This document shows positions 42,552-52,935 of a stretch of DNA of 64,000 nucleotides, one piece after another (the stretch's first letter is position 1; every line of letters begins with the position of its first letter). The DNA lies in the NCBI GenBank assembly GCA_017473865.1, contig JAFUJB010000016.1, positions 240,917 to 304,916 on the forward strand. Reading direction: 5' to 3'. Under the pieces are notes generated by a model. The model worked only from the letters and a program-made list of their open reading frames with translations, was not told the DNA's origin and did no database searches. This DNA comes from Clostridia bacterium. Lineage in GTDB: Bacteria > Bacillota > Clostridia > Oscillospirales > CAG-272. The position numbers were made by a program, and so were the translations under genes.

Positions 42552-44825
42552 ATGGCTAATGTGACCGGAGAAAAATATGTTATTAAGGATAACGGAGTTG
42601 TCTTTGGTTTGACCGATATTTGCAGAATCGGACTGGTAAAACGTTCGGGCGATGAATTTTCTACGTACGTAAAGAACGTAAACCTTGAAACACTGCCGGA
42701 ATTTGCTGCCGTTCGTTTTGAATCGCAAGGTGTAAGCGCAGTATATATCAACGGAGAATTTATAACTGCAAGTCCGGGTAAATATTATAACAGAGTTGTC
42801 TATATTGAGTTTACGTCAAAGCTGAAAAAAGGCGATAATGAAATAAAAATAGTGCTCGGCGGAAGCTATTATCAGTCATCAAACGAGACTATCTTCCAGA
42901 GATGCGGCGCTCAGTTTTCTTACGTATCGGCTGAATTCGAGTTTGTAAACGACGAAAACAGACAGACTTTGAAAACGGATGAAAGTTGGGAATGTATATC
43001 CGATGACGGACAAAACAAACCTACAAATTTCTCCGAGGTAACGAAAGCAGAATACGAGCGTTTTTGGTTGTGTGCGGCTCTCATTCCTGAATATGCGCCC
43101 ATTAACGTTCCCCAAAAAGTATTGGATACAGTAGGAGAGGGATACGCAAAATATGTTGCAACACCGTGGCAAGAATATGCTTACCCTCAGAGTGTTTGTT
43201 CAACAAATATGAAAGAAGAAAACGGACACCTTGTTTCAGATGGGGATTCGTCTTACGTAACGTATGACTTCGGAAGAACATACGTAGGCTTTTTGACGTT
43301 TGAATGTACTGCCGAGGAAGACGGAGTTGTTGAATTCTTCTTCGATTATTCCGAGGTAATTGAAGATTTTGAATTTACAAACCACCATGCAGGCCGCGTC
43401 AGAATGTTATCCTTCAAACAGCCTCTTAAAAAGGGTAAGAATGAAATATTCCTCATTCGCAGACGTGCATTCAGGTATTTAAAGATTAATCTTAACTGCA
43501 AAGCAGAAATTGTAAATGTCGGCTTGAAATTATGTATGACTCCTTCAAAACAGTTGGGATATTTCCACTGTGATGACGATATGTTCAACAAGATGTGGGA
43601 AGTCGGCAAATATACGTTGCATATAAACAAGCATCAGGAATTTGAGAGCTGTCCGCGAAATGAAATGAAGTTCTTTACAGGTGACGGCGTTGTCGATGGC
43701 TTGGTGGATTACTATGCTTTTGGAGACCCGTCCGTCGTACTCAGCTCGCTGTCATTGACAGAACCCGGAATCAGCAGCGGTCTGAGAACCCACAAATTAG
43801 ACCGTAACGTCTCGCTGGGCGACTATTCCGGCTGGAGAATAATAGTTGCTTACAACCAGTATCTGTATTTCGGAGACAAGTATTTTGTTGAGCAGTATTA
43901 CGATGAGTTTGTTAGTTGTATCAATTGGCTTATCGAACAAATGAACAGCTCGTATCTTATTTATCAATATCCCGAATTCAGCGATCAGTATTATTCTATG
44001 AGAGGCGTTGTCGAATTTACTTGCAGTACTGACCGATTGGGCGAAAAGCCTTATTATAATGCCGTATTTTATAAGAGTCTTTTGTGTATGGCTGAATTCG
44101 CAGAGATCGTAGGCGATGAAAGAGGAAAGGTTTGGGCAGAAATAGCCGAAAACGTATATAAATCCTTTAATGAGCGACTCTGGAGCGAGGAAAAGAAGGC
44201 ATATGTTGATACTTATGATACTTCTTACATTCCTCAAGAGGGAAATGCTTTGGCGATTCTCTTTGGATTGGCAAACGCTGAGCGCACCGAATTGATAAAA
44301 GAAATGCTGTGTGAGAATCTTTGGAGTGATTACGGTTCAACGGTGTTGTCGAAGTATTTGCAGCATACGCGCGGAGGAAATGCAACGGTATCTCCGCTTA
44401 TGAATATGTATGAAGCGGAAGCAAGATTTAAGACAGGTGATGCTGAGGGCGCAGTCGAGCTTATAAGACGTTGTTGGGGAATGCAGCTTAAAAAGGGCGC
44501 AGGTACATTCTGGGAATTTTCTCCCAACCATCCCGAAAGACGTTCAGGTCAACCGGCTCACGCTTGGTCGAGTGGAGTTACGTATCTTTTGAGTGCATAT
44601 GTTCTTGGTATAAGACCGCTTAAACCGGGATATGAAGAAGTATGTTTTGAGCCCTACTGCGCTTTCGATAATTTCGAAGGTGTTGTACCGACGTGTAAGG
44701 GACTTGTCGGTGTTAAGTACCGTACTGAAAACGGTGAAAAACAATTTGAACTTGCGATCCCTCAGGGAATGAAAGTAAATACTGTTGTTCCCGATAACGC
44801 GAAGCTGACAGTTATTGAATATTAA
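42552..44825 (+). CDS. Six-hairpin glycoside hydrolase, alpha-L-rhamnosidase-like (GH78-like)
   Basis: ~757 aa. C-terminal …GQPAHAWSSGVTYLLSAYVLGIRPLKPGYEEV resembles the GH78 (alpha/alpha)6 barrel to C-terminal beta-sandwich junction. Start at the ATG at 42552 (AGGAG RBS), not the upstream TTG. Confidence 0.5.
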   Translation: MANVTGEKYVIKDNGVVFGLTDICRIGLVKRSGDEFSTYVKNVNLETLPEFAAVRFESQGVSAVYINGEFITASPGKYYNRVVYIEFTSKLKKGDNEIKIVLGGSYYQSSNETIFQRCGAQFSYVSAEFEFVNDENRQTLKTDESWECISDDGQNKPTNFSEVTKAEYERFWLCAALIPEYAPINVPQKVLDTVGEGYAKYVATPWQEYAYPQSVCSTNMKEENGHLVSDGDSSYVTYDFGRTYVGFLTFECTAEEDGVVEFFFDYSEVIEDFEFTNHHAGRVRMLSFKQPLKKGKNEIFLIRRRAFRYLKINLNCKAEIVNVGLKLCMTPSKQLGYFHCDDDMFNKMWEVGKYTLHINKHQEFESCPRNEMKFFTGDGVVDGLVDYYAFGDPSVVLSSLSLTEPGISSGLRTHKLDRNVSLGDYSGWRIIVAYNQYLYFGDKYFVEQYYDEFVSCINWLIEQMNSSYLIYQYPEFSDQYYSMRGVVEFTCSTDRLGEKPYYNAVFYKSLLCMAEFAEIVGDERGKVWAEIAENVYKSFNERLWSEEKKAYVDTYDTSYIPQEGNALAILFGLANAERTELIKEMLCENLWSDYGSTVLSKYLQHTRGGNATVSPLMNMYEAEARFKTGDAEGAVELIRRCWGMQLKKGAGTFWEFSPNHPERRSGQPAHAWSSGVTYLLSAYVLGIRPLKPGYEEVCFEPYCAFDNFEGVVPTCKGLVGVKYRTENGEKQFELAIPQGMKVNTVVPDNAKLTVIEY

Positions 44826-44830
44826 TACAA

Positions 44831-44867
44831 AAGACGGTGTGTAGGCAAAGCCTACACACCGTCTTTT
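44831..44867. terminator. Bidirectional terminator hairpin of the GTGTRGGC family between convergent genes
   Basis: AAGACGGTGTGTAGG-caaag-CCTACACACCGTCTT with flanking A/T runs. Confidence 0.65.
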
Positions 44868-44917
44868 AAACTATACGCCCTCTGTATTATGAATGCGGAG
44901 GGCGTAAGTTATATGAG

Positions 44918-46318
44918 TTATATATTTAGTAGTAATACCCAGGCAAGACCATAGTAGCTGACAACTGCTACAAGGTCGTTGATCGTTGTAATCAACGGAC
45001 CTGATGCAACGGCAGGGTCAATGCCCAGTCTGTAAAGGGTTAGCGGAATCGCCGCACCCGTAAATCCCGAAATCGTCATTGCGAAGCACATAGCAAGACC
45101 GACGCAGCCTGCCGCGGCAAACACAAACGACGAGCTGTATGATGCAAAAACAAACAGATATACGCTTACGATGAGGAACGATATCGCGCCGAGAACAACG
45201 CCGTTTAACAATGCAACGCGTATTTCTTTTAAGATGGTTATAATTTGCTCTTTAAGGCTCATTTTATCATCGCTTCCGATTGCTCTTACCGTTACAGCCA
45301 GCGACTGTGTTCCGACGTTACCCGCCATTCCGAGAATGAGCGATTGGAATGAAACGATTATAGGCAGAGCGTCTACCACGTTTTCAAAAATACCGACAAC
45401 GGCGGAAACCGCAAGTCCCATAAATAACAGTACGATTAACCACGGAACACGCTTTTTCATACTTGTAAACAGTGATTCGTCGGGGTCTTGCTCTGAGGTC
45501 AAACCTGCCATTTTCGCGTAATCGTCGCCAAGCTCCTCGTCGACAAGCTCGATAATATCGGTTGACGTAATTACACCGAGCAGGGCGCGGTTTTCTGATG
45601 AGATGACGGGAATCATATTTTCGGAATAACCGCGGAGACGTTCAATATTTTCCGAGACTATATCTTTGTCGTAGACAAAGGGGAAGTTAGTTGCTATAAG
45701 TGTTTCAAGCTCAACGCTGCTTCTTGCAACTATCAGGTCTTTCAGGTCAATTACACCGTAAAACGAGTCATCCTCATCAACTACAAATATAGTATAGATA
45801 TTATCGTTTTCAGCAGCCTCGTTTACCAAGGTCTTCATAGTTTCTTTAATTGTTTGATTTCGCTTAACAACAATGAAATTAGTGCTCATACGGCTGCCGA
45901 ATTCATTGTCCTCGTATGAATTGAGTAGTTCGATATCTTCTTTTATTTCGTCATCCTCGATAAGCTCGAAAATTTCATTTCGGGTTTGCTCATCAAGTTC
46001 ATCCAACGCTTCGTTCGCGTTGTCGGCGTCCATCTGCTCAATAATATCAGCAGCTTCGTCTGCATCGAGCTCTGAAAGATAGTCCCCGATATCGTCAAGA
46101 AACGAAACAATTTCAGACATAAATTCGCTGCCAAGTACTCGAAACAGGCGTTCACGCTCTTCTGCAGTAAGCTTTTCAAAGATACTCGCTATGTCATTTT
46201 CGTGGTATTCCTGAAGCTTTTCATATACTTCGTCATCGCTGTAATTGCCTCGGATGATGCCAAGTATCTGTTCGCCATAGTCTTTTTCCGGCAGGGAAAA
46301 ATCATTTCTCTCTTCCAT
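44918..46318 (-). CDS. mgtE: Magnesium transporter MgtE
   Basis: MgtE N-terminal domain, CBS pair, and a 5-TM MgtE domain. Acidic linker. 466 aa. Confidence 0.9.
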   Translation of the reverse strand: MEERNDFSLPEKDYGEQILGIIRGNYSDDEVYEKLQEYHENDIASIFEKLTAEERERLFRVLGSEFMSEIVSFLDDIGDYLSELDADEAADIIEQMDADNANEALDELDEQTRNEIFELIEDDEIKEDIELLNSYEDNEFGSRMSTNFIVVKRNQTIKETMKTLVNEAAENDNIYTIFVVDEDDSFYGVIDLKDLIVARSSVELETLIATNFPFVYDKDIVSENIERLRGYSENMIPVISSENRALLGVITSTDIIELVDEELGDDYAKMAGLTSEQDPDESLFTSMKKRVPWLIVLLFMGLAVSAVVGIFENVVDALPIIVSFQSLILGMAGNVGTQSLAVTVRAIGSDDKMSLKEQIITILKEIRVALLNGVVLGAISFLIVSVYLFVFASYSSSFVFAAAGCVGLAMCFAMTISGFTGAAIPLTLYRLGIDPAVASGPLITTINDLVAVVSYYGLAWVLLLNI

Positions 46319-46490
46319 AAGCGTCCTCCTGTTTAAATTTAAGTATGTATCATTCTTATTATACCAAAAAAATAATATTTTTTCAATATATTATTTTTAT
46401 TATGGTAATCATCTTGTAATTTTTGAACTATTATGTTATACTATAATTAGGCATTTTGCTAGTTTTTTTAAAAAAAAGGGAGTTTTTATT

Positions 46491-47891
46491 ATGAAAACAC
46501 AACAAAATCCGGGCGCTAAAGAACAGCGCAAATTTGGCATACGCGATAGTATCGCTTATGCTGCAGGAGATCTTGGCTGTAATATGAGCTTTGCTCTTAA
46601 GGGCACAATGTCGATCTTCTGGACTCAATTTATGGGAATGGATCTATGGTACGCTCTGCTTCTTGTTATTGTTCAGGTTTGGGATGCCATAAACGATCCG
46701 CTTATTGGCTCTATCATTGATGCAGATAAGCGCCAGTATAAGAAAAATAAGTTTTTGGCTTACATTTGGCTGGGCTCCATTGGTTTGATTGTGGGTGGAG
46801 CATGCTGCTTCCTGCCTTTCCCGAATGCTCCTACATGGGCTAAGTTTATAATCTTTATTGCAGGATACGTTGTTTGGGATGCTTTCTATACCATAGCTAA
46901 CGTTCCTTACGGTTCTCTTCTTTCGCTCATTTCCAATGACGTCAAGGACAGAGCTTCTCTTTCGGCATGGCGTTCGGTTGGTTCTATTTTTGGTAATATG
47001 CTTCCCATGGTTATTCTTCCTTTTATTATTTATGACAAGGATAACAATCTTATCGGAGAACGAGTATTTATAGCAGCTCTCATTATGGGTGTTCTTGGCT
47101 TTATATGCTTCCAGTTTATGATAAAAAACACCGTAGTTCGTGTAGATACCGATGTTGCTGTGGGCGAAGATGCACCGAAATTTAACGTGTTCAAGGCTTT
47201 TGGAAACTTTATGAAAAACCGTCCTGCAGTTGGAGCAACTATTGCGGCAATGGGAATGTTTATTGGAATGCAGGGAGCAACCACTGCGGTAACCGTTATT
47301 TTCCAGTCTTATTTTAAAAACGTTAAAATATCCGGTATAGTACAGCTTTTCGCTATGATTCCGATCGTTGTATTTACTCCTCTTGCGCGAAATGCTGTTG
47401 CTAAATACGGTAAAAAAGAACTTGCCACATTCGGTTCTATCGTTTCTATTGTTGCTGGCTTAGGACTTTTTATAATCATTCCTGACAATACAAAGCTTGA
47501 TCTTATCATTTATATTATATGCCAGTTGTTCTTCTCACTTGGACTTGGAATATACTCTACTGTTTCTTGGGCTATGATGGGTGATGCGATTGACTACAAC
47601 GAATGGAAGTTTGGCGCTCGCGAAGAGGGTACGGTTTATTCTTTGCACTCATTCTTCCGTAAGCTCGCACAGGGCATTGGTCCCTCTCTCGTGCTTGTAA
47701 TAATGATTGCATTCGGTTACGTTGGAAAGAACGAGGGCAATCAGCTGTGGGAAGTAGCGGTCAATATGCGTTATACCGTTGCTGCTACCTTCTTGTTCTC
47801 AGCAATTCTTCAGTTTGTCGGTCTTGGTCTTGTATATAATCTTGACAAGAAGACTCTTGCAAAGATGAATGCTGATTTGGGTCGAGAATAA
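46491..47891 (+). CDS. GPH-family (MelB-like) glycoside-pentoside-hexuronide:cation symporter
   Basis: MFS/GPH N-terminus …IAYAAGDLGCNMSFALKGTMSIFWTQFMG. 12 TM segments. Confidence 0.8.
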   Translation: MKTQQNPGAKEQRKFGIRDSIAYAAGDLGCNMSFALKGTMSIFWTQFMGMDLWYALLLVIVQVWDAINDPLIGSIIDADKRQYKKNKFLAYIWLGSIGLIVGGACCFLPFPNAPTWAKFIIFIAGYVVWDAFYTIANVPYGSLLSLISNDVKDRASLSAWRSVGSIFGNMLPMVILPFIIYDKDNNLIGERVFIAALIMGVLGFICFQFMIKNTVVRVDTDVAVGEDAPKFNVFKAFGNFMKNRPAVGATIAAMGMFIGMQGATTAVTVIFQSYFKNVKISGIVQLFAMIPIVVFTPLARNAVAKYGKKELATFGSIVSIVAGLGLFIIIPDNTKLDLIIYIICQLFFSLGLGIYSTVSWAMMGDAIDYNEWKFGAREEGTVYSLHSFFRKLAQGIGPSLVLVIMIAFGYVGKNEGNQLWEVAVNMRYTVAATFLFSAILQFVGLGLVYNLDKKTLAKMNADLGRE

Positions 47892-47984
47892 GAAGTAACT
47901 TAAACCACGTAATGACAGTAAGCTAATTGAGGTGTCCGGGGTGAAAAATCGGACACCTTGATTCAAATATAAAGGAGTCCTAAT

Positions 47985-50258
47985 ATGAGAAATATTGTAA
48001 ACATTAATGATACATGGTTGTTTGTAAAAGATACATCCGACATTTTTTGCAATGATGGAGAAACAATAAATCTTCCTCATTCCTGGAACGCAATTGACGG
48101 TCAGGATGGAGGAAACGATTATTTCCGCGGCAGCTGTGTATACAAAAAAACCTTGAAAAAAGATGAACTTCCCAAGGCAGATCTTTATTACTTGGAGTTT
48201 CGCGGAACAAACTCTTCCGCAGACGTATACGTAGGGGGAGAAAAGCTTGCCCATCACGATGGCGGATATTCTACCTGGCGTGTTAATATTACCGATGCTT
48301 TGAAGGAAGAAACCGAAATCGCTGTCGTCGTGGATAATGCACCTAATGATACGGTCTATCCTCAAATGGCGGATTTTACGTTCTACGGCGGTATTTACCG
48401 TAACGTAAATCTTATTTGCGTAAACAATTCACACTTTGATCTTGACTATTACGGCGGTCCCGGTCTTATGATTACCCCTAAAATCGAAGGTAAGGATGCT
48501 AAAGTCGAGGTTGAGGTTTTTGTGAAGAATCTCAAGGATAATCAAAAGCTCGTTTATACAATTTACGACGCGGAAGAAAAAGAGCTTGACAAAATAGAAA
48601 CAACCGAATCAAAGGTTAATTTTGAAATAAAGGACGTTCACCTCTGGAACGGAAGAAAAGACCCCTATTTGTATTGCTGTGAGGTAGAAATAACCGAGGA
48701 CGGCGACGTAATAGATAACGTTTGCAACCGATTTGGCTGCAGAAGCTTTAAAATCGATCCCAACAACGGCTTTATACTGAACGGAAAAGAGTACCCCCTC
48801 AGAGGCGTATCACGTCATCAGGACAGATGGGGAGTCGGTAACGCTCTTCTTCCCGAACATCACGAAGAAGACATTGATCTTATTATGGAAGTGGGAGCTA
48901 CGACAATACGTCTTGCCCACTATCAGCACGACCAGTATTTTTATGACCTTTGCGACGAAAAGGGTCTTGTAATCTGGGCGGAAATTCCCTATATTTCAAA
49001 GCATATGCCCGGTGGACGTAAAAATACAATCTCACAGATGAAAGAGCTTGTAACTCAGAATTACAACCACCCCTGTATTGTAGTGTGGGGACTTTCCAAC
49101 GAGATCTCCATTGGCGGTTCTGACAGCGATCTTCTTGAAAATCATAGAATACTCAATGATCTTGTTCACGAAATGGACAAGACCCGACTTACGACCATAG
49201 CGGCAGTTTCTATGTGTAAGATGGACGATCCGTATTTGCAGATACCCGACGTAGTTTCTTACAACCACTATTTCGGTTGGTACGGCGGAGACACCACTAT
49301 GAACGGACCTTGGTTTGACAAGTTCCACGAAACTCATCCTAACATTCCGATTGGTTGCTCGGAATATGGTTGTGAGGCTCTTAATTGGCATACGAGCGAC
49401 CCGAAGCAAGGCGATTATACCGAAGAATATCAAGCATATTATCATGAAGAGCTTATCAAACAGTTCTTTACGAGAAAATATATTTGGGCTACGCACGTGT
49501 GGAATATGTTTGATTTCGGCGCAGATGCAAGAGCAGAAGGGGGCGAAAACGGACAGAATCATAAGGGTCTTGTTACCATTGACAGAAAGTATAAAAAGGA
49601 TGCTTTCTACGCATACAAAGCGTGGCTTTCTGATGAACCTTTTGTACATCTTTGCGGAAAGAGATATATTGACCGTGTTGAAGACGTAACAAAAGTTACG
49701 GTATATTCAAATCTTCCCGAGGTTGAGCTTTTTGTAAACGGTGAAAGTATCGGCAAGAAGACTGCACCTGACCACTTCTTCTATTTTGACGTACCTAACG
49801 TAGGTGAAAGTAAGATTGTTGCCCGTGCAGGAGAATATTCCGACGAAGGCACTATCCGTAAGGTCGAAGAGAGAAATATGGATTATGTTCTTGTGGAAAA
49901 GGGAGCGGTGCTTAACTGGTTTGACATTGATGCGCCAGAGGGCAGATTCTCTCTTAACGACAAGATTTCCGATATTATGCAATCGTTCCGCGGAAAGCTT
50001 TGGTTTGCAGGCTTGGGTCTCAAACTGAAAAAGAAGATGAGTGCCGGCAAGAAACAAGACGGCGAGAAAAAATCCGGAGGATTTGACGTTGATCTTAAGG
50101 GCGGCGCAAGCAGCGGTATTATGCAGATGCTCGGAGGATTTTCCGTTCTCAGACTTTCATCAATGATGGGTATGATGAATATTTCATTTACAAAAGAAGA
50201 ACTTTTGAAAATGAATAAACAGCTTAATCGCATCAGAAAACCTAAAAATATGAAATAA
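47985..50258 (+). CDS. Glycoside hydrolase family 2 (beta-galactosidase/beta-glucuronidase-like) with an unusual ~130-aa Gly/Met/Lys-rich C-terminal tail
   Basis: NDTWLF…LPHSWNA sugar-binding N-terminus. NHPCIVVWGLSNE acid/base region. …SEYGCEA nucleophile region. The C-terminal tail is GGFDVDLKGGASSGIMQMLGGFSVLRLSSMMGMMN…. Confidence 0.85.
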   Translation: MRNIVNINDTWLFVKDTSDIFCNDGETINLPHSWNAIDGQDGGNDYFRGSCVYKKTLKKDELPKADLYYLEFRGTNSSADVYVGGEKLAHHDGGYSTWRVNITDALKEETEIAVVVDNAPNDTVYPQMADFTFYGGIYRNVNLICVNNSHFDLDYYGGPGLMITPKIEGKDAKVEVEVFVKNLKDNQKLVYTIYDAEEKELDKIETTESKVNFEIKDVHLWNGRKDPYLYCCEVEITEDGDVIDNVCNRFGCRSFKIDPNNGFILNGKEYPLRGVSRHQDRWGVGNALLPEHHEEDIDLIMEVGATTIRLAHYQHDQYFYDLCDEKGLVIWAEIPYISKHMPGGRKNTISQMKELVTQNYNHPCIVVWGLSNEISIGGSDSDLLENHRILNDLVHEMDKTRLTTIAAVSMCKMDDPYLQIPDVVSYNHYFGWYGGDTTMNGPWFDKFHETHPNIPIGCSEYGCEALNWHTSDPKQGDYTEEYQAYYHEELIKQFFTRKYIWATHVWNMFDFGADARAEGGENGQNHKGLVTIDRKYKKDAFYAYKAWLSDEPFVHLCGKRYIDRVEDVTKVTVYSNLPEVELFVNGESIGKKTAPDHFFYFDVPNVGESKIVARAGEYSDEGTIRKVEERNMDYVLVEKGAVLNWFDIDAPEGRFSLNDKISDIMQSFRGKLWFAGLGLKLKKKMSAGKKQDGEKKSGGFDVDLKGGASSGIMQMLGGFSVLRLSSMMGMMNISFTKEELLKMNKQLNRIRKPKNMK

Positions 50259-50270
50259 TAAAACGACGAT

Positions 50271-50312
50271 AAGGCTATACACCGGAATTCCCTGTGTATA
50301 GCCTTTATTGTT
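50271..50312 (+). terminator. Rho-independent terminator after the GH2 gene
   Basis: AAGGCTATACAC-cggaattccc-TGTGTATAGCCTT followed by TATTGTTG. Confidence 0.6.
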
Positions 50313-50741
50313 GTTGGTTAAAAAGAGGCTTATGCCGTTGAGTAATCCCGCCGCGGCAGAAGGCTCCCTCCGGGAGGGAGCTGGATTTTGCGAAGCAAAA
50401 GACTGAAGGAGAGTGCGATACAGTGATATTTGTATTTAGCATAAGTTCCGCAGGCTCCTTCCGTCACCTAACGGTGCCACCTTCCTCCCGGAGGAAGGCT
50501 TATAGAGTGCCATATTTATGACAGTAGGGCAATTTTGCAACTGTAAGATTGTTCGGTGGGCTTTCAGCTCCGTCAGTATCATGGCGTTATACGCATGAGT
50601 AAACCACCGGCTTAGCCGATGGTTATGATTTATGAACTTTTTGTGTGACAAAAGTTGACTTTTTTTGAATATGTGATACAATAAAAAAGGTAGCGTCAAA
50701 ACGTTATCGAAAAAATAATAAATCATAGGAGAGTCAACAAA

Positions 50742-52127
50742 ATGGCAAACAATCTTGTTTATGGCATTAACGACAGACCGAAATTCAGTCAGCTTATCGT
50801 TTTTGCTATCCAGCAGTTGCTCGCAATTATGGCGGCAACAATCGCAGTTCCCGCAATTGTCGGAAACGGTATGTCAATTTCCGCGGCACTTTTCGGAGCC
50901 GGAGTCGGAACTCTCGTTTATCAGCTTTTCACAAAATTCCGCAGTCCCGTATTCCTCGGTTCATCATTTGCATTTATCGGTTCTATGAGCGCCGCATTTG
51001 CAGGGGCAGCATCTATGAGTCTTGGTTATCTCGGACTTTTGGTGGGTGCTGTATTTGCAGGTCTCGTTTACGTAGTAATCGCACTCGTTGTAAAATTTGT
51101 CGGCGTTGCTTGGATCAACAAGCTTATGCCTGCAGCAGTTATCGGCCCCACAGTAGCGCTTATAGGTCTTTCACTTGCTTCTGCGGCTGTAAATGACGTG
51201 TTCTCATACGGCCCCAAGGACGGTAACGGCGCGTTTATTATGACGGGTAACATCTGGGTATCACTTATTTGCGCATTGGTTACTTTCACGGTGGTTGTTC
51301 TTTGTGCAACCTACGGAAGCAAAATGACAAAGCTCATTCCGTTCATCATTGGTGTACTTGGCGGCTATGTTGCTGCTATGATTTTTACTGTAATCGGCTA
51401 TGCTGCAAATATTGATGCAATAAAAGTAATTGATTTTACTCCTTTTACAAACCTTGTTGCAGACGGTGTAAGCCTCAAAACCTTTATTTCAATTCCCGAA
51501 TTTACTTTCGTTGAAGCGATTAAGGGCGTAAAAGATTTTGATATCAGCTATCTTGTAACAATCGCTGTTGCTTACGTTCCCGTAGCGTTTGTTGTGTTTG
51601 CAGAGCATATTGCAGACCACAAGAATCTTTCAAGCATTATCGGAGAAGATCTCCTCGAAGAACCCGGACTTCACCGCACACTTCTGGGCGACGGTGTCGG
51701 CTCGGTTGCAGGTGCATTTTTCGGCGGTTGCCCCAATACTACTTACGGTGAATCCGTAGGCTGCGTTGCAATTACAAGAAACGCATCCGTTGCAACGATT
51801 ACAACGACTGCTATCCTTGCTATTCTGATTTCGTTTGTTTCGCCCTTTGTGGCATTTCTTGATTCCATCCCCGGTTGCGTAATGGGCGGTGTGTGCATTA
51901 CACTCTATGGATTTATCGCGGTTTCCGGCTTGAAGATGGTTCAGAAGGTTGATCTTGAAGACAACGCAAATCTCTTTACGGTTTCAGTAATTCTGATTTC
52001 CGGTATAGGCGGTATGGCTCTTACAATCGGCAAGGTTACGATCACGGCCATCGCGTGTGCGCTTATTCTCGGAATTCTTACAAATATACTTTTGAAAAAA
52101 TTTAAAAAACACGACTCCAACAAGTAA
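50742..52127 (+). CDS. NCS2-family nucleobase permease (uracil/xanthine permease, PyrP/UraA-like)
   Basis: …FSQLIVFAIQQLLAIMAATIAVPAIVG… 461 aa polytopic. Directly upstream of upp. Confidence 0.85.
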   Translation: MANNLVYGINDRPKFSQLIVFAIQQLLAIMAATIAVPAIVGNGMSISAALFGAGVGTLVYQLFTKFRSPVFLGSSFAFIGSMSAAFAGAASMSLGYLGLLVGAVFAGLVYVVIALVVKFVGVAWINKLMPAAVIGPTVALIGLSLASAAVNDVFSYGPKDGNGAFIMTGNIWVSLICALVTFTVVVLCATYGSKMTKLIPFIIGVLGGYVAAMIFTVIGYAANIDAIKVIDFTPFTNLVADGVSLKTFISIPEFTFVEAIKGVKDFDISYLVTIAVAYVPVAFVVFAEHIADHKNLSSIIGEDLLEEPGLHRTLLGDGVGSVAGAFFGGCPNTTYGESVGCVAITRNASVATITTTAILAILISFVSPFVAFLDSIPGCVMGGVCITLYGFIAVSGLKMVQKVDLEDNANLFTVSVILISGIGGMALTIGKVTITAIACALILGILTNILLKKFKKHDSNK

Positions 52128-52142
52128 TACAGGAGAGAAAGT

Positions 52143-52784
52143 ATGAAAAATTACGAAAACGTAGTAATATTTGACCATCCGTTGATCAGACATAAAATTG
52201 CTATCTTACGCGACGAACGCACGAGCATGAAAGAGTTTCGCGAGTTGGTTGAAGAGATTACAACTCTTATGACCTATGAAAGCTTGAAGGATGGCGTTCA
52301 GACAACCGAGATTGAGGTTAAGACTCCGCTTGAAACCTGCAAGCAGACTGTTGTAGCAGACAATTCTGTAGTTATCGTTCCGATTTTGCGTGCGGGACTT
52401 GGTATGGTTAACGGTGTACACGTGCTTTTCCCTTCGGCAAGAGTCGGACACATCGGTATGTACAGAAACGAAGAAACGTTGAAGCCCGAAACCTACTACT
52501 GCAAGTTACCTGCAGGTATTGAAGACAAGCTTGTTATGGTGGTTGACCCTATGCTTGCAACGGGCGGAAGCGCGTGCGATGCAATTCAGCTTTTGAAAGA
52601 CAAGGGATGCAAACACATTAAGTTTATGGCGATTATCGGTGCGCCCGAAGGCGTAACTAAGGTAGCTGAGACACATCCTGACGTTAACATCTACGTTTCT
52701 ACACTTGACAGATGTCTTAACGAGCACGGATATATTCTTCCCGGTCTTGGTGATGCCGGCGACAGACTCTTCGGTACAAAATAA
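52143..52784 (+). CDS. upp: Uracil phosphoribosyltransferase
   Basis: [40 protein letters not shown]…[16 protein letters not shown]-binding loop. 213 aa. Confidence 0.9.
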   Translation: MKNYENVVIFDHPLIRHKIAILRDERTSMKEFRELVEEITTLMTYESLKDGVQTTEIEVKTPLETCKQTVVADNSVVIVPILRAGLGMVNGVHVLFPSARVGHIGMYRNEETLKPETYYCKLPAGIEDKLVMVVDPMLATGGSACDAIQLLKDKGCKHIKFMAIIGAPEGVTKVAETHPDVNIYVSTLDRCLNEHGYILPGLGDAGDRLFGTK

Positions 52785-52935
52785 ACAAGGGAGTTGGTGT
52801 GCGAAGCACTCCAACTCTCTTTTGTATTTAAATAACAATGGTTGTATAGGAAAAAACTATACAGCTGTTTTTCCTCTTGCAAAAGAACGAAAAAAGTGAT
52901 ATACTGTAAGAAGTTCAGGGAATGGAGGACATTTT

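Noticed and set aside
46319-46490. Looked for an M-box (ykoK) riboswitch upstream of mgtE
   Set aside because: The leader is short, extremely AT-rich and lacks the conserved GC-rich M-box helices. No call made.
50340-50520. Considered SRP RNA, 6S RNA, RNase P or tmRNA for the GC-rich twin-palindrome leader
   Set aside because: The characteristic motifs are absent: the SRP domain IV GGAA tetraloop and asymmetric loops, RNase P GGAAAGUCCGG, and a tmRNA tag ORF or T-arm. The palindromes are perfect hairpins without the expected internal loops. It is left as an unassigned cis-leader.
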